This document shows positions 1 to 19,111 of a stretch of 64,000 bases of DNA, one piece after another; position 1 is the first letter of the stretch, and each line of letters starts with the position of its first letter. The position numbers and the translations under genes are program-made. The DNA is taken from positions 186,001 to 250,000 of the forward strand of contig NW_003314333.1 in the NCBI RefSeq assembly GCF_000143415.4, in the 5' to 3' direction. Below the pieces are notes generated by a model that saw nothing but the letters and a program-made list of their open reading frames with translations, had not been told where the DNA came from and searched no databases. This DNA comes from Selaginella moellendorffii (lineage: Eukaryota; Plantae; Lycopodiophyta).

Positions 1-887
1 AGAGTGTCGCAAATGTGACTTCGGGTATTGAAAGATACTTGTCAACTAGTCCTTACAGACACTCTTTCCTTACTGCCATGACAGCAGGAGGTCGGTACTG
101 CTGGTTCCCTTTATTGGCCCCTCTTGTCCAAGTGTTAGTAAACTGGACTTAGCATCTGTACTTGGCCAGATGAGCATAAGGACGGAATTCCTAAGTGTCT
201 ATTTGGCCAAGCATACTTGGCCCGGCTTTTTAATTCTCTTTTGCTCTGTCTTGCACTGGCTTGGCAAGAACCCTTGCGTATTGAGACTAGTCCCTCAATA
301 TCGCCAGATGATAGCTTACCGTGTTTGCCAAACACCCTCGCTATCACACCCTTTGTGTAGTCTCATTTCGGTCCCAAATACTATTTATGGAAAGTGTCTA
401 GATTTGCTCATTTGGCATATTTACAAATGTAGAGGTCGGCCTGAACATAATGGTGTTCGTCCCGTGTCCAAATTTGCAATCTAAGGACATTCCATATTTA
501 GTAAGTTTCGAGCTTGTCCCAGAGACTAACTCTTAGTACTAAGGGAGGTTTGGGGTGAAAGCCCAAAGTGTGTGTTCCTCAAGGGGGGGGGGGGATATGA
601 GGGGTTCCAAATGTATAGTAGGGATAGTGGTTGGAATGCATGTCTGACCATCTGAGACATTAGTTTGGCTCCCACTGGGCTGTGTCACTCCTTGTTTTGC
701 GTTCGGCTTGGGTCTAAGCCCAAGCTCCACGCTGCTCTAGTCGGTGGAGTACCCTCCTCCTCGTGTTAGGCCACCAGTATGCCAAAATTGTGCCAGACTC
801 CGTCTGACACCATTTTGCGTGCAAGTGCTGGATACAGGGAGCTAGTGCTCGTGGGATTGTACCAGACCCTTGTTTCGTAGCGTAACA
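1..887 (+). mobile_element. 3' end of an LTR retrotransposon nested in the gag region of the downstream element (PPT 581-595, putative 3' LTR 598-887)
   Basis: Small hairpin (TTTGGG..CCCAAA), then the purine tract AAGGGGGGGGGGGGA, then TG at 598; ends CGTAACA at 887, where gag-tail-like coding sequence begins abruptly. Related copies lie inverted at ~7.1-8.1 kb. Confidence 0.6.
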
Positions 888-1137
888 GGCTTGGAGTTTG
901 GCTCCAAATTTAGGTGCACTACAAAAGGTAAAGCACCTCAACCTACGGCACGAGTGGTGGAAGTCCAGTCCGACATTGAGAGCGAGGATGGGATCGAGGT
1001 CGAGGCATATGCAGTCACACATGCTTGAAAACAACAAGCCGTGGATGAGGATCGAGATTGGGAGAAAGAGAAGGCTACCGTCCGTCCGTAAGGTATCTTG
1101 TGAATTGAGGAATCTGCAGGAAAAGGTCGTATAGCGA

Positions 1138-2061
1138 TTGTCCCCGAAGAAGTCGGACACGCTGATTACAATCAAAGATGAACCAATGACCAGTGGTTTA
1201 CAATTGGAGGAATCGCAACAGCAAGGCAATCCTCTGAATGAAGAACTGGGTGAAAGACTGGTGGAACTCATCATGGAGAGACCCGTCACGCTCAATGTTG
1301 GAGAATTGATCACAGTAGCACCCTACCTATGTGATCATCTGTACAACACACCAGGTCAGCAAGTTAGACGATTGGCGGAGTTGGAAGTTCACAAGGTTGA
1401 GGTTGAACCGGATTGGGACGAGGAGGTACCCAGCATCACCCTAAACATCAGGAGGAACGAGATCCGCAATGTTCCAATTGACGGCAGATCAGGTGTAAAC
1501 ATTATCACAGAAGAGGCATACCGACGATATGGGCTGGGACCAGCAAATCCAGCACCCTTTTTGGTCCGAATGGCAGATCAAAGTAAGGTACGTCCAACAG
1601 GGATTCTCCGAGGGGTACAACTGAAGGTTAGAGGTTTCCACTATTCAACCAACCTAATTGTGTTGAGGATGAATAGTATGAAACACCCATACCAAATACT
1701 CCTTGGACAACCTTGGTTACGTCAGGCACGAGTCCTACATGACTGGGAAGCGAATGCCTTAACCATTCAAAAGAATGATCAGCGGTTACTGATATCCTTG
1801 AATCCGAAAACACGACTACCAAAATCAAGTACCCCGCGCGACATTGAGGATTACAACTGGCAGTCCGGATTGAGCGACGAGGATGAGGATGCTTTGTTAA
1901 AATGTAATCCTGATCTTGTGCAGATTGCAGAAGTGGATCTGTACCAGACGACGGTGGATTCCACGGATGCCATGAAGAACTTGGGTCTCACAGAGAAGTT
2001 TGTGAAACCAAGTGTGAAGAATGTGCGAGAAGAATCAGTGGAAAAACTGATTGAGCAATGA
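1138..2061 (+). pseudogene. Retrotransposon gag-tail/aspartic protease region
   Basis: VPIDGRSGVNII (degenerate DSG/DTG-type site) and YQILLGQPWL, typical of retropepsins; bounded by in-frame stops. Confidence 0.8.
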
Positions 2062-2073
2062 GACGAGAAGTGC

Positions 2074-5000
2074 TTGGAAGCGTACTACCACATCCACGCT
2101 ATGCAGTCAAGGCAGAAGGCATGGCATGATCGTGCGATGCACAGTCATCAACGGGATCCTATCTGTGTTGGTGACTGGGTATATCACTACCAGGGTAAGA
2201 TCAAACCTATTGGTCATAAGTTTGTGCCCAAGTGGAAAGGTCCGTATGTTGTGCGTGAGGTTAACCTCAACAGCAATGTACGACTTGAGGAACCAAACGA
2301 TCCTGATGCTCAACATAGCACCAACATCAACAAGCTGACCAAGCTGCGACGTAACCCTCCACTCTTACTGCCCGAGACAGATGGTCAGGTAAGTCTGGGA
2401 GAGCCTCTACCAGCGATAGATGAAGAGTCCGAGTCAGAAAAGGAGCGAGAGGAGGAAGAAGCTGAAGTAGAAGCCTGGCGTACGGAAGTACACTGGGAGA
2501 AATCGAGCGATGAAGACACTGGCGAAATGGAAGTTAAGATGAAACTACGGGATACATACGGAAAACCGGAAAAGGAGTTCGATTGGCATTGGATCATGAG
2601 GACACCGCTGCACAAGTATGCACAACATCAAGTCAACATCAATCAGGAGATCACGGAGTATGCGATCAGAGGATTCCACGTGGAGCAAAGGATGTTGTGT
2701 TTTGAAGGAAGAGAAACACCAGTGACCGAAGCAAAAATTCGAAAGGCATTTGACATTCCTCAAGTAGGAGGAGAAGTCGATTCTACACGAGAAATTCCAA
2801 CTGACACCAAGTGGTTGGAACCGTATTTACGGACGAAGGATCTGGGGGGTACAACCCATTTGTCCTATGGCAAGAAGGCGTTGGCACCTGGCTTCCAAAG
2901 ACGGATAGTCACACTGGCACATGCGTTGGATTATGAGGATGGACTACAAGGAGTTAGACTGGAAGTGATGTGGATCTTTCACCACTTCCACAACGAATAT
3001 CCTATTGATTGGGTGAGCATACTTTTAAAGCAGATGGTTAATGCAGTGTAGCGGGTGCAAGAAGCGAGAGATATCGGGGGACGCATCCCGATCCAATCAC
3101 AGCTACTCTACATTATTATTACAACGGAGCCCAAATTAAGACGATTAATTTCACTGCACGGTGGCCAAGATATTAAGTCCCAATTATTTTTCTGTGGGCA
3201 ACCAAAGTGGGACCTCAACCGTTGGCATGGTCAGGATGAATCGTCGTTTATGGGAGGAAAAGCCAAAAGAAGTTCCGACGGAGGAAAACACGATTAGGGT
3301 TTCTAAGTCGGAGCCAACGGTTGCATTTTTGACAGTGTTCACCATCAGAGAAAACACAACCAGGATGACGGCAATCGCAAGTTCTTCTCTCCTACCGCTC
3401 AAGGCGAAGAAGGCAAGGTGCGAGGGGAAGAACACCGACAGTGCCTGGTTCAACGACCGCAAACTGGGAGGTAACTTCAAATTGCTTAGAGAAGGGTTGA
3501 TCGGACCATCTCCGGAGGAAGAGCGGTTTTACTCGCAGATGATGATGGCGATGGATCCAAGCAGGGGAACCATCTGATCCTGTTGAATAACAAGTTCTTC
3601 AGCAAGGTGTTCGAGTTCCCCAATGAGGTGTATGAGATGGAGGAGCCGCTGTCGAAGATCTACAACGAGTATAGGCCATACCTGAAGTAGGGGACGACCT
3701 GGGAGGAACATCTCGCAAGGAGAATGAAGACCAGGGGGCTGCAGCTATCCGAGTTCTGTGCCGAGGTGGTAGCAGTACTTCGCCCTCTTAGCGTGATCAT
3801 GGGTTGCAGGAACAACCCGAAGAGCGTCCCCGTCAACGTGCTGTGGGCGTTCATCGCAGCGGATCGGAATTGGTTCATGAACTGGGCTATGATTTTTCAG
3901 GGGTCGTTTTTCCAAGTAGTCAAGACGGCGAGGAAGTTGATGATGAAGAACAATGGTGGCGACACCATCCTCTACCCATTTCTGGCTCACATGTCTACAT
4001 TCCTTGATCTGAGGGTTGGGGACTACTACAAGTTTCGGCCCTACAGAATGCTGACCGACATCCCGGATCATCGGACAACTATGGCGTTCCTCAAGCGTGT
4101 GGAGACGGAGGAGGATGGCCTGTTCCGACTTTTAAAGCTGGGGGAACCCACAGACCGAGTGGTCACGGGGATTGAAGAGGAAGAGACGGACACAGGTGAA
4201 GAAGATGGACCAGCCGCAGGATCAGGATGGGGTGGACTGTACATCGACACCTTGTCCAAGGAGGGAGTTCAGCTCTACTTCGACGAGACGGCCCGAACAC
4301 ATCCGGTTCCGCGACTGGATACCCCACCACAGATCATCCAGATCATTATGACACGTAAGCAGCAGCATGGTAACCCATCCACGCCAACTCCAAGAACGGT
4401 GTTGATGGACTGGGATTGCCCACGTCAGCAAGTAAATCAAGAAAGGCAACTTGCACAAGAAGTTTGCAGGGCGAGGACAGGAAAAGCACCAGTGGAGCCA
4501 AGGGCCAAGAAAGCGGGAGGCTGAGGAGTAGGTGGTTCAGCAGCAGTGCAACTGCCCGCTACACCCCGAGGAGCTCACATCGAGGTAATACCTGTCCACC
4601 CCGCTTCTGCAAACTCCCCAACTCCCCTATGGAGTTCTGCACCACCTTTCGAGATACCGGTAGTCAGAGCCATGGAGGTGACGGATACGGAGCAAGAGCA
4701 CCACCAGGGAGGACGGGAGGAGGAAGTTCCAGCGGACCCGTGGGGTGGGTTTGCTCAAGAACCGGAACCGGAGCCTGCCCAAGTATTGCTCCATCCAACC
4801 GACCCAAACGCCGAAGAGGAGATGGGACGACATCAGGTGTTGGAGCGTGTACCACCGGCACCACTGCCGGAGAACGGACAGCAGGAGGCTGTACCCAACG
4901 TGCGACCCATGGAGGTGGAGCGCTTGTCAAGTCGGCAGGATGAGACACGCAAGCGAGCACGTTCCCCACCCCACAACGGCAAGGGTGAACACCACAAACA

Positions 5001-5274
5001 CCGCGGTGATGGAGAAGAGGAACCACGCCAAGAAGCTCGACCTTCTCGTCGCCAACCGTACAAGGACACGGCGCAGATCTTACTGACGCTGGCCCACGAA
5101 GAGGAGATCGGCCAGAAGTTGGAAGGAAGACTCCGTACGATGGAGGAGAAAGTGTCCCAGTTCGAGGGGCATCTGATTGGAGTACAGAAGTTCATCGAAG
5201 AACACCACGAACAGCTCCTCACAGCCATCACCAATCTGTCGGAGCGCGAGCGTGAGGAGTTGCGCCAACTCTGA
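2074..5274 (+). pseudogene. Integrase C-terminal remnant fused to a long extra (env-like/plant transposon protein-like) ORF, broken by stops and frameshifts
   Basis: ORFs at 2074, 3055, 3724 and 4546 are in the same frame as 1138; stops at 2059, 3049 and 4522 are TGA/TAG; coiled-coil-like C-terminus. Confidence 0.6.
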
Positions 5275-5547
5275 GAGACCAATGCACGGTATGAGCAGTT
5301 TTTCAGCAACATGCTGCGCCCTCCTGTTCGCACCAAGGGACACTGAGAGGGGGAATTCACCTGGTACAAGCTCACTTCTGTCAGGTCTATCAAGTTCCTT
5401 TCTGCTCGAACCTAAGAGAAATAAAGAAAACTATTTACATGAGAAAATTGCTTCACATAAAAATGAAAAAAAAAGTACAAAAGGAAGGCACATCGATCAA
5501 GCAGTCGACACACTCCGAGGACGGAGTGTCGTTTAAGTCTGGGAGCG

Positions 5548-6283
5548 TGATAAAGGAAAAAGTCGGACAGAAGGAATATTCTGCAGCACAAGTTCAAACA
5601 TCAAAATGCCGCTAAGTCCCAAACAGTTGGACTCAAGGTCCAACTGCCCAAGTTCCAACCCAACGACTCCAACTTCAGTTTCTCAGCGATCTCGGTTCAA
5701 CACTCTACAGCAGCAACTCTACAATAGACTCGAACACCGGACGGGTACAAATGACCTGGAAGCGGTTACCAGGAGTGGTTGCTAGATGATGACATCCGTA
5801 TTGCAGACACAAACCCAAAAGGACCATGGCGATAAGCACGGACACGTTGCCAAGGACTTAGTTGTGAGAGTGAGAATTTTATCCCATCTCTACTCTGCAC
5901 AAAGGAAAGCTCTGTGAAACTTTTCTTTATCAACTGCTTGTGAGATTTGACTTCCTACTCTGTGTTCCGGGATCAACACCGAGATGCATTTAGTTTTCAC
6001 TCAGTTTTACTTTCTGTTGTACTAATGCATTCACTTGTTTTGGGTTTTTGTTAATTCTGTGGCCTATGCCATCCTTACCCACCTTCATTTTTGTTGACGG
6101 CCAAGTTCTTAGTGTGGATCAAGGAGTTGTACGACCGGCCAATCGTGTAGCCTCTCTTTCTATTCTTGTCAGACTTGTAATCCAACTGGCGACCAAATAC
6201 TCAACTGAGCCAACCATTTCGCAATTTCACCATTCCAACCCCTTTTCCCCTTTCCCCTTTGTTTCCTTCTTTTCTTTGTAACA
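5548..6283 (+). repeat. Putative 3' LTR of the host element
   Basis: Starts TG right after the hairpin/PPT; ends ...TGTAACA; the 5' partner is not in the window, so the ends are unverified. Confidence 0.4.
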
Positions 6284-6313
6284 CTTGTTTTTCCATGTTA
6301 ACACCCCAATTTG

Positions 6314-6741
6314 CTCTTTTCTAGTTTTGAGCATATTGAAATTGGACTCTATGGTTTTATAAAGAATAAATAAGTAAATCTTTGTTGACAAAATGTATCT
6401 ATACATTAATAAAGTCACTCGACCCAAACATATCCATTCGAGAGACAAGATTTACACTAGAGGCAAAGCCTATAGTAGACCTTTTGAAGACAAAGGGGCA
6501 CCCTTACTAACCAATGACTTGATCTAGAAATATACTCCTATTAATAAACTCACTCTTTTCCAATTTTGAGTATATCAAAACTGGATTTTATGATTTTATA
6601 GAGAATAAATAAGTAAATCTTGGTTGACAAAATGTACCTATACATTAGCAAGGTCACTCGACTTAGACATATCTATTCGAGAAACAAGATCTACACTAGA
6701 GGTAGGGCCCATAGTAGACATTTTAAAGACAAAGGTGTTCC
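6314..6741. repeat. Diverged direct duplication, ~190 bp units ~240 bp apart
   Basis: 6314-6503 versus 6554-6741 share e.g. AGAATAAATAAGTAAATCTT.GTTGACAAAATGTA.CTATACATTA and TACACTAGAGG. Confidence 0.85.
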
Positions 6742-7079
6742 TGATCAATCTTTCTTTTGTTCCCTCTTTTTGTTAGTGTGTGTAGTGCATGTGGTTTTCA
6801 CCCTTTCTCCTATGGTAATTTACCATAGGATAACCATAAAGTGGAACCTAAACCCTCTATATGCCATGTGTTACATATTATATACCATATATCATGTGTT
6901 CAAAGGACAGTGGAGTGGAACTCGAGTTTCAAGGCTTTGGGCCACTGAATGAAGGAATGGAGCTAAACTCCTAAACTTGTAGCTAAAAAGCGAAAGAACT
7001 AGAGCATGGAGTGACTTTTGAACATTTAGCCCAAGGAGCGAAGGAATAGAATCATGAAGTGACTTAGAACAATTTTAGA

Positions 7080-8060
7080 GTATCTAGCATTCCAATGCTA
7101 AGACCAACATGCAAAATGGAGCTAACCAGAGTTTAGCATTATTTCAGCATATCGATGGCCTAACGCGAGAATGTAAGTACTCCACTGCTAACATGGTGTA
7201 AAACTTGGGCTTAAACCCAAGCCGAACGCAGAACAAAGATAAACACACAAGTGGGAACTAGATTATATCTCAAGTTGGTCAGCCATACCCACTATCCCTA
7301 CTACTATACATTTGGAACCCCCCACAGACCCTTAAAAACAAGGATTTAATCTCCCTAGACTATGCTATGCCTCCTCATATTTTATTTATAATAATACTAT
7401 ATTATTCTTATAAAGACAATGAAAAGATTATAATTATTTTTTAAGTTAAATACTATATCATTATTAAGTATATAAAAAATAACCTGTAATTACTCAATGT
7501 TGCCATCCATACCAGATTTGAAGTGATCATTTCCAATAAAAATATTCCTAAGTGTATAGCCCAAACTAATGTATAGACCAAACTTCTCAGTATACAGCAT
7601 ATAAAACAAAACCAAATATAGTTTAACATAATTTTAATATACTGGTGGCCTAACACGAAGCTATAAGTATTCGAACAACTAATATAGTATGAAATTTAGG
7701 ATTAAACTTAAACTGAATGTAGAACAAGGATATACAAGGTGGTACAAAATAATACAATATCATTCTATTTTATTTTAGAGAAAGGAAACTTGCCAACCAT
7801 ACGTATGTGAAGTTATAATAACCAAATGTGTACCCACTTGGTTCTTTGTGTATACACTAGATAATACTCATTGAAATGCATCCCAACACCAAGATTAATA
7901 TGTAAAACAGAGCCAAACATAGTTTGGCATTATTTCAGCACTTAATACAAAAATATAAATACTCCACTAGTTAATATGGTACAGAAATTAGCCAAATCAA
8001 ATGCAAAACAAATGTACTAAACCCCAAATAATACCCTATCAACCAGACCATTTGAAATGT
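7080..8060 (-). repeat. Three progressively decayed inverted copies of the 598-887 LTR-like sequence
   Basis: 7080-7324 matches the reverse complement of ~598-835 (CTTGGGCTTA.ACCCAAGCCGAACGCA; CTATACATTTGGAACCCC); weaker copies at ~7590-7800 (ATACTGGTGGCCTAACACGA) and ~7880-8060. Confidence 0.7.
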
Positions 8061-8178
8061 CATTAACCTTTAGTTTCAATTGGGTGACTTATCCTAACTT
8101 TTTCTACATAAGTATGAAAAGAAGACTATCATAATGAAAGTTCTTGCAACTTCTTCGGCATAAATAGCATTGCAATAC

Positions 8179-15653
<7,475 letters not shown>

Positions 15654-15891
15654 AGCGCGGGTCCTCTTATCCTATCCTCTTCTTCGTCAATAACTAAGAG
15701 GGACTAGGTTCGCAGGAGTCGAACTCGTCACCTAGGGCATTTTCCTAGGACAAAATATCTGAGCCGCCACGGACGAAGCTGAGCCGTTGATGGAGCATCT
15801 GAGCCATCGGGACCGCACGTTCTTTTAAAGACCAATGCGAGGGGGCTAGGGTTTTAGTGAGGGTTTAGAGAGCGCAGCGCAGGGAGGAGCG
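15654..15891. promoter_or_regulatory. 238-bp bidirectional promoter region with telo-box and three CTGAGCC motifs
   Basis: Lies between divergent ATGs (15653 minus, 15892 plus); TAGGGTTTT telo-box at 15847; CTGAGCC at 15759, 15779 and 15799. Confidence 0.55.
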
Positions 15892-17073
15892 ATGGCGATG
15901 AGAAGGTCGGGTGTCGTGGGGCGGCGTCTCCTGCAGAACGCGCTCCGCTACGGTGGGTATCCCGCATTGTCTCATTTTCTTTCGCTTTCTCCGTGACCAC
16001 CTCTCTTTGTTTGGGTTTTGGCAGAAGAGGAGAAGAGGGTGCTTTTTGGGCCTCTCGCGGCGCCTGGCAAGCTCTTCGCTCTGCGCGGCTTCAAAACCCT
16101 GGGCTACCTCAACGCGGAGAGGAGCTGGCCAAGTCCCGATGACAGCGGCAGCGGCGCCACAGGCGCCACCGGTGGCGCGAGCACCGCCACTGGGCCGGTT
16201 GTCCCCGAAGGGAGCACGTCCAGCCGGGAACTTGATGGTAGCAACGCGGCGGCTGGCAACACGGGTGGCGGTGCCGCTGGAGGGGTGGGGACTTACGGCT
16301 CCACTAGCAGCTGGTCCTCTAAGCCAGGCACCGGCAAGACGTGGCCCAACCCGAATGCTCCCAGGGACATTCCCACCTACACCCCCAGCTCCTACAGCAG
16401 CAGCTCCAAGGGTGGTGGTAAGCTGTGGGACAATCCCAATGGCCTCCCCTACTGGGACTCCAAGTGGGATGATCCCACCAAGCCGGAGCTGAGGGCCAAG
16501 GGATGGACGTGGGATCCTAACCCGGCAAACTCCCACATGGGCACCTGGCCTGCCGATCAGCCACCTCCCAACCGGAGCCCGCTTGGCTTCTCTACTCCCA
16601 GGGGTGGCGGTGGCTCTTGGGACCGAGGGCCGAGGAGTAACTTTGGCGGCGGCGGCGGTGGCGGCTTTGGCGGTGGTGGCGGTGGCAACTTCAACCAGGG
16701 TGCCGGAGGGGGCCAGGGCTTCCCACAGGGTGGCGGTGGTGGTGGCTTCCCGCAGGGTGGTGGTGCTCCGGGCAACTTCCCGCAGGGTGGTGGTGCTCCG
16801 GGCAACTTCCCGCAGGGTGGTGGCCAAGGCGGTAGTTTCCAGCAGCAAGGGGCGGGAGGTGGTTTCCAGGGTAATCAAGGCGGTGGTAACTTCCCAGGCA
16901 ATCAGGGTGGTGGTAACATCCCAGGGAATCAGGGCGGCGCTGGCGGCGGTAACTTCCCGGGTGGCGGAGCTGGAGGCAACTTTCCGGGACAGGGAGGGCA
17001 AGGAGGTCAAGGCGGCGGTGGTAACTTCCAAGGAGGCGGTGGAGGTGGTGGCGGCTTTCCGGGTGGCAGATAG
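15892..17073 (+). CDS. Gly-rich low-complexity protein with Arg-rich putative mitochondrial presequence (exons 15892-15952, 16025-17073)
   Basis: MAMRRSGVVGRRLLQNALRY spliced by a GT..AG phase-1 intron in frame to the 351-aa ORF; Trp/Pro-rich middle; C-terminal FPQGGG/NFPG repeats, including a 30-bp tandem unit at 16746-16823. Confidence 0.75.
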
Positions 17074-17142
17074 ATATGTTTAGCTAAGATATATGTGTGT
17101 TTGCCCTGTGGTTTGCTTTTATTCAACGCGTACACACTTAGT

Positions 17143-19089
17143 TTACACGGGGAGAATGTTAGATAGAAGCACGTAGGACGAGTCATGGAGCAATGGGTCC
17201 ATGCGAATAAGTTGCATAGCGGCTCTAGATCCCCGGCCCGCATCCTTGGATGTTTGACAGGAAGCCAGGAGGGTTTTCCACGCAACATTGTCGGGCGCAA
17301 ACGGCATGCCACGAATGACTTCTTCCGCCTCGGCTCCCACTCCTGCTCGTCCTAGGAGATCTATCAAGCATGCGTAATGCTCGGCAGTGGGTGCCAATCC
17401 AAAGTCATGCAACATAGACAAGAAGTAGTCGAGGCCGGTCGCAAGCAAGCCTGAGTGGCTGCAAGCGTGCAACATAACAGTGATGGTGATCCCATCCGGT
17501 TGTACATACGCCATTGTCATCACTCTGAAAAACTCCACGGCCGTGGCGCCGTGCCCGTGTTTTGCAAGAGCAGCGAGGATGGAGTTCCAGGCGGCCACAG
17601 CCAGCACCGAGTGCCGCTGCATCCTTTCAAACACCGTGGTGGCGTCATCCAAGCGCCCGCATTTGGCATACATGCACACGAGAGCAGTGCCGGACACGGG
17701 GTGGCCGTCGAGGCCGCGAGCAGCTACCTCGGTGTGCACGGCCCTCGACGTGGCCTCGTCCTTGAGCGCGCTGCACGCTGCTACAACCACAGCAAATGTA
17801 GCCGCATCCGGCATCACTCCCTCAGCTCTCATCCGCTGGTGAAGCCGGAGTGCTTCCTCCGCCTCCCCAGCCTCGACAGTGGCAGTGAGCATGGCGTTCC
17901 ATGACACCACGTCTTTGGGCGTCAGCTTGTTAAAGACTGCTGCGGCCTCCAGCAGGCAGCCGCATCGGGCGTACATGCACACCAGAGCTGTTCCAACCAC
18001 GGGGTTTTGGTCGTGGCCAGCAACTCGGATCCGTGTATGGACGCCCCTTCCCACTGCCAGGCCTCGGCCTCGATCCTCAAGCTGGCAGCACGCAGCACAG
18101 AGGGCAGACAGTGTCATTTCGTCCGGCTGCATGCCGTCCAAGTTCATGACCAGGAACATCTTCAGCGACTCGTCACCCCGCTCGTGCTGGGCATAGGCCG
18201 AGATGATCGATGTCCACGACACACGGCTCCTGTCTTGGATGTTGTCGAACACTCTCCTGGCCTCTTCTAGGCAGTGGCACCTTGAGTACATGCTGATGAG
18301 AGCGTTCTGGAGCACGGTTTGGGAGGCAAAGCCGGACGCAGCCGCTCGCGCGTGGACCGCCCGGCCTCTTAAGACGGTTTGAAGTCCCGGTCCCAGCTCG
18401 GACAAGGCACCGACGACCGCTACAAAGGTCACTGCGTTTGGCTGCACGCCTTCCAAGTTCATGCGGAGGTAGATGAGGCATGCCTCAACGTTGAAGCGGT
18501 TGTGGTGGTTAGCGAGAAGGATGGCATTCCACGAGATGAGGTTTCTCGCGGCCATGTTCTCAAACACCTGCCTTGCCACCTGAGTATTGCCCGACTTGGC
18601 ATACATGGTGACGAGGGCGTTTTGTAGCGGAATGTCGAGCTCATATCCACACGCAACGAGACGAGCATGGATGGCCTGGCCCTCTGCGCCTGCCCCTAGG
18701 CTGGAGCACGCGCTGAGCACGCATGACAAGGTGAACGCATCCATGTCTGCCTGGGCTCCCTCCAGGTCCATAGTGTGGAACAAGCAGAGTGCTTGCTCTT
18801 GTTTGCCGTGGTCGATATAGGCAGCCAGCATCACCGTCCACGACACACTGTTCCTTCGCTCTATGCTGTAGAAAGCCTTTCTTGCTCGGTGCAAATCTCC
18901 GCACTTGGCATACATTTGCACCAGCAAGTTCCCAATAGCGGTGTCTTTGTCTTTCTCTATTGCTATCAACCGGGCATGGATGCGTGCACCTCTTTCTAGC
19001 GCCCTTCCACTGATGCACTCCCGTAGGAGCGAAGTGTAAGCCTCACGGTTGTACACTTCTGGCACTTGGCCCCACAGGTCATGGTTCAT
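17143..19089 (-). CDS. PLS-class PPR protein, E domain, no DYW
   Basis: Repeated MYAKCG/VSWN motifs; ends HYACLIDLLGRAG...WKTLLASC...SYVLLSNI; intronless. Confidence 0.92.
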   Translation of the reverse strand: MNHDLWGQVPEVYNREAYTSLLRECISGRALERGARIHARLIAIEKDKDTAIGNLLVQMYAKCGDLHRARKAFYSIERRNSVSWTVMLAAYIDHGKQEQALCLFHTMDLEGAQADMDAFTLSCVLSACSSLGAGAEGQAIHARLVACGYELDIPLQNALVTMYAKSGNTQVARQVFENMAARNLISWNAILLANHHNRFNVEACLIYLRMNLEGVQPNAVTFVAVVGALSELGPGLQTVLRGRAVHARAAASGFASQTVLQNALISMYSRCHCLEEARRVFDNIQDRSRVSWTSIISAYAQHERGDESLKMFLVMNLDGMQPDEMTLSALCAACCQLEDRGRGLAVGRGVHTRIRVAGHDQNPVVGTALVCMYARCGCLLEAAAVFNKLTPKDVVSWNAMLTATVEAGEAEEALRLHQRMRAEGVMPDAATFAVVVAACSALKDEATSRAVHTEVAARGLDGHPVSGTALVCMYAKCGRLDDATTVFERMQRHSVLAVAAWNSILAALAKHGHGATAVEFFRVMTMAYVQPDGITITVMLHACSHSGLLATGLDYFLSMLHDFGLAPTAEHYACLIDLLGRAGVGAEAEEVIRGMPFAPDNVAWKTLLASCQTSKDAGRGSRAAMQLIRMDPLLHDSSYVLLSNILPV

Positions 19090-19111
19090 GAGCTCCTGTA
19101 GCTAAGATAGT

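Larger units (their letters stand above)
888..6283 (+). mobile_element. Decayed non-autonomous Ty3/Gypsy (Athila/Tat-like) LTR retrotransposon
   Basis: Retropepsin-like ORF, integrase C-terminal GPY-type motif (KFVPKWKGPYVV), long downstream ORF segments, ACACTCCG-AGGA-CGGAGTGT hairpin and weak PPT before TG at 5548; possible LTR end TGTAACA at 6283. Confidence 0.7.

Noticed and set aside
15705-15775. B-box-like GAGTTCGACTC on the minus strand (tRNA/SINE?)
   Set aside because: The T-stem does not pair, the A-box is weak and no cloverleaf forms.
16746-16823. 30-bp tandem repeats as a CRISPR-like array
   Set aside because: No spacers; an in-frame coding repeat in a eukaryotic gene.
15865-17031. 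388-aa minus-strand Thr/Ala-rich ORF
   Set aside because: Antisense shadow of the GC-rich Gly-repeat gene, which has a coherent spliced plus-strand model.
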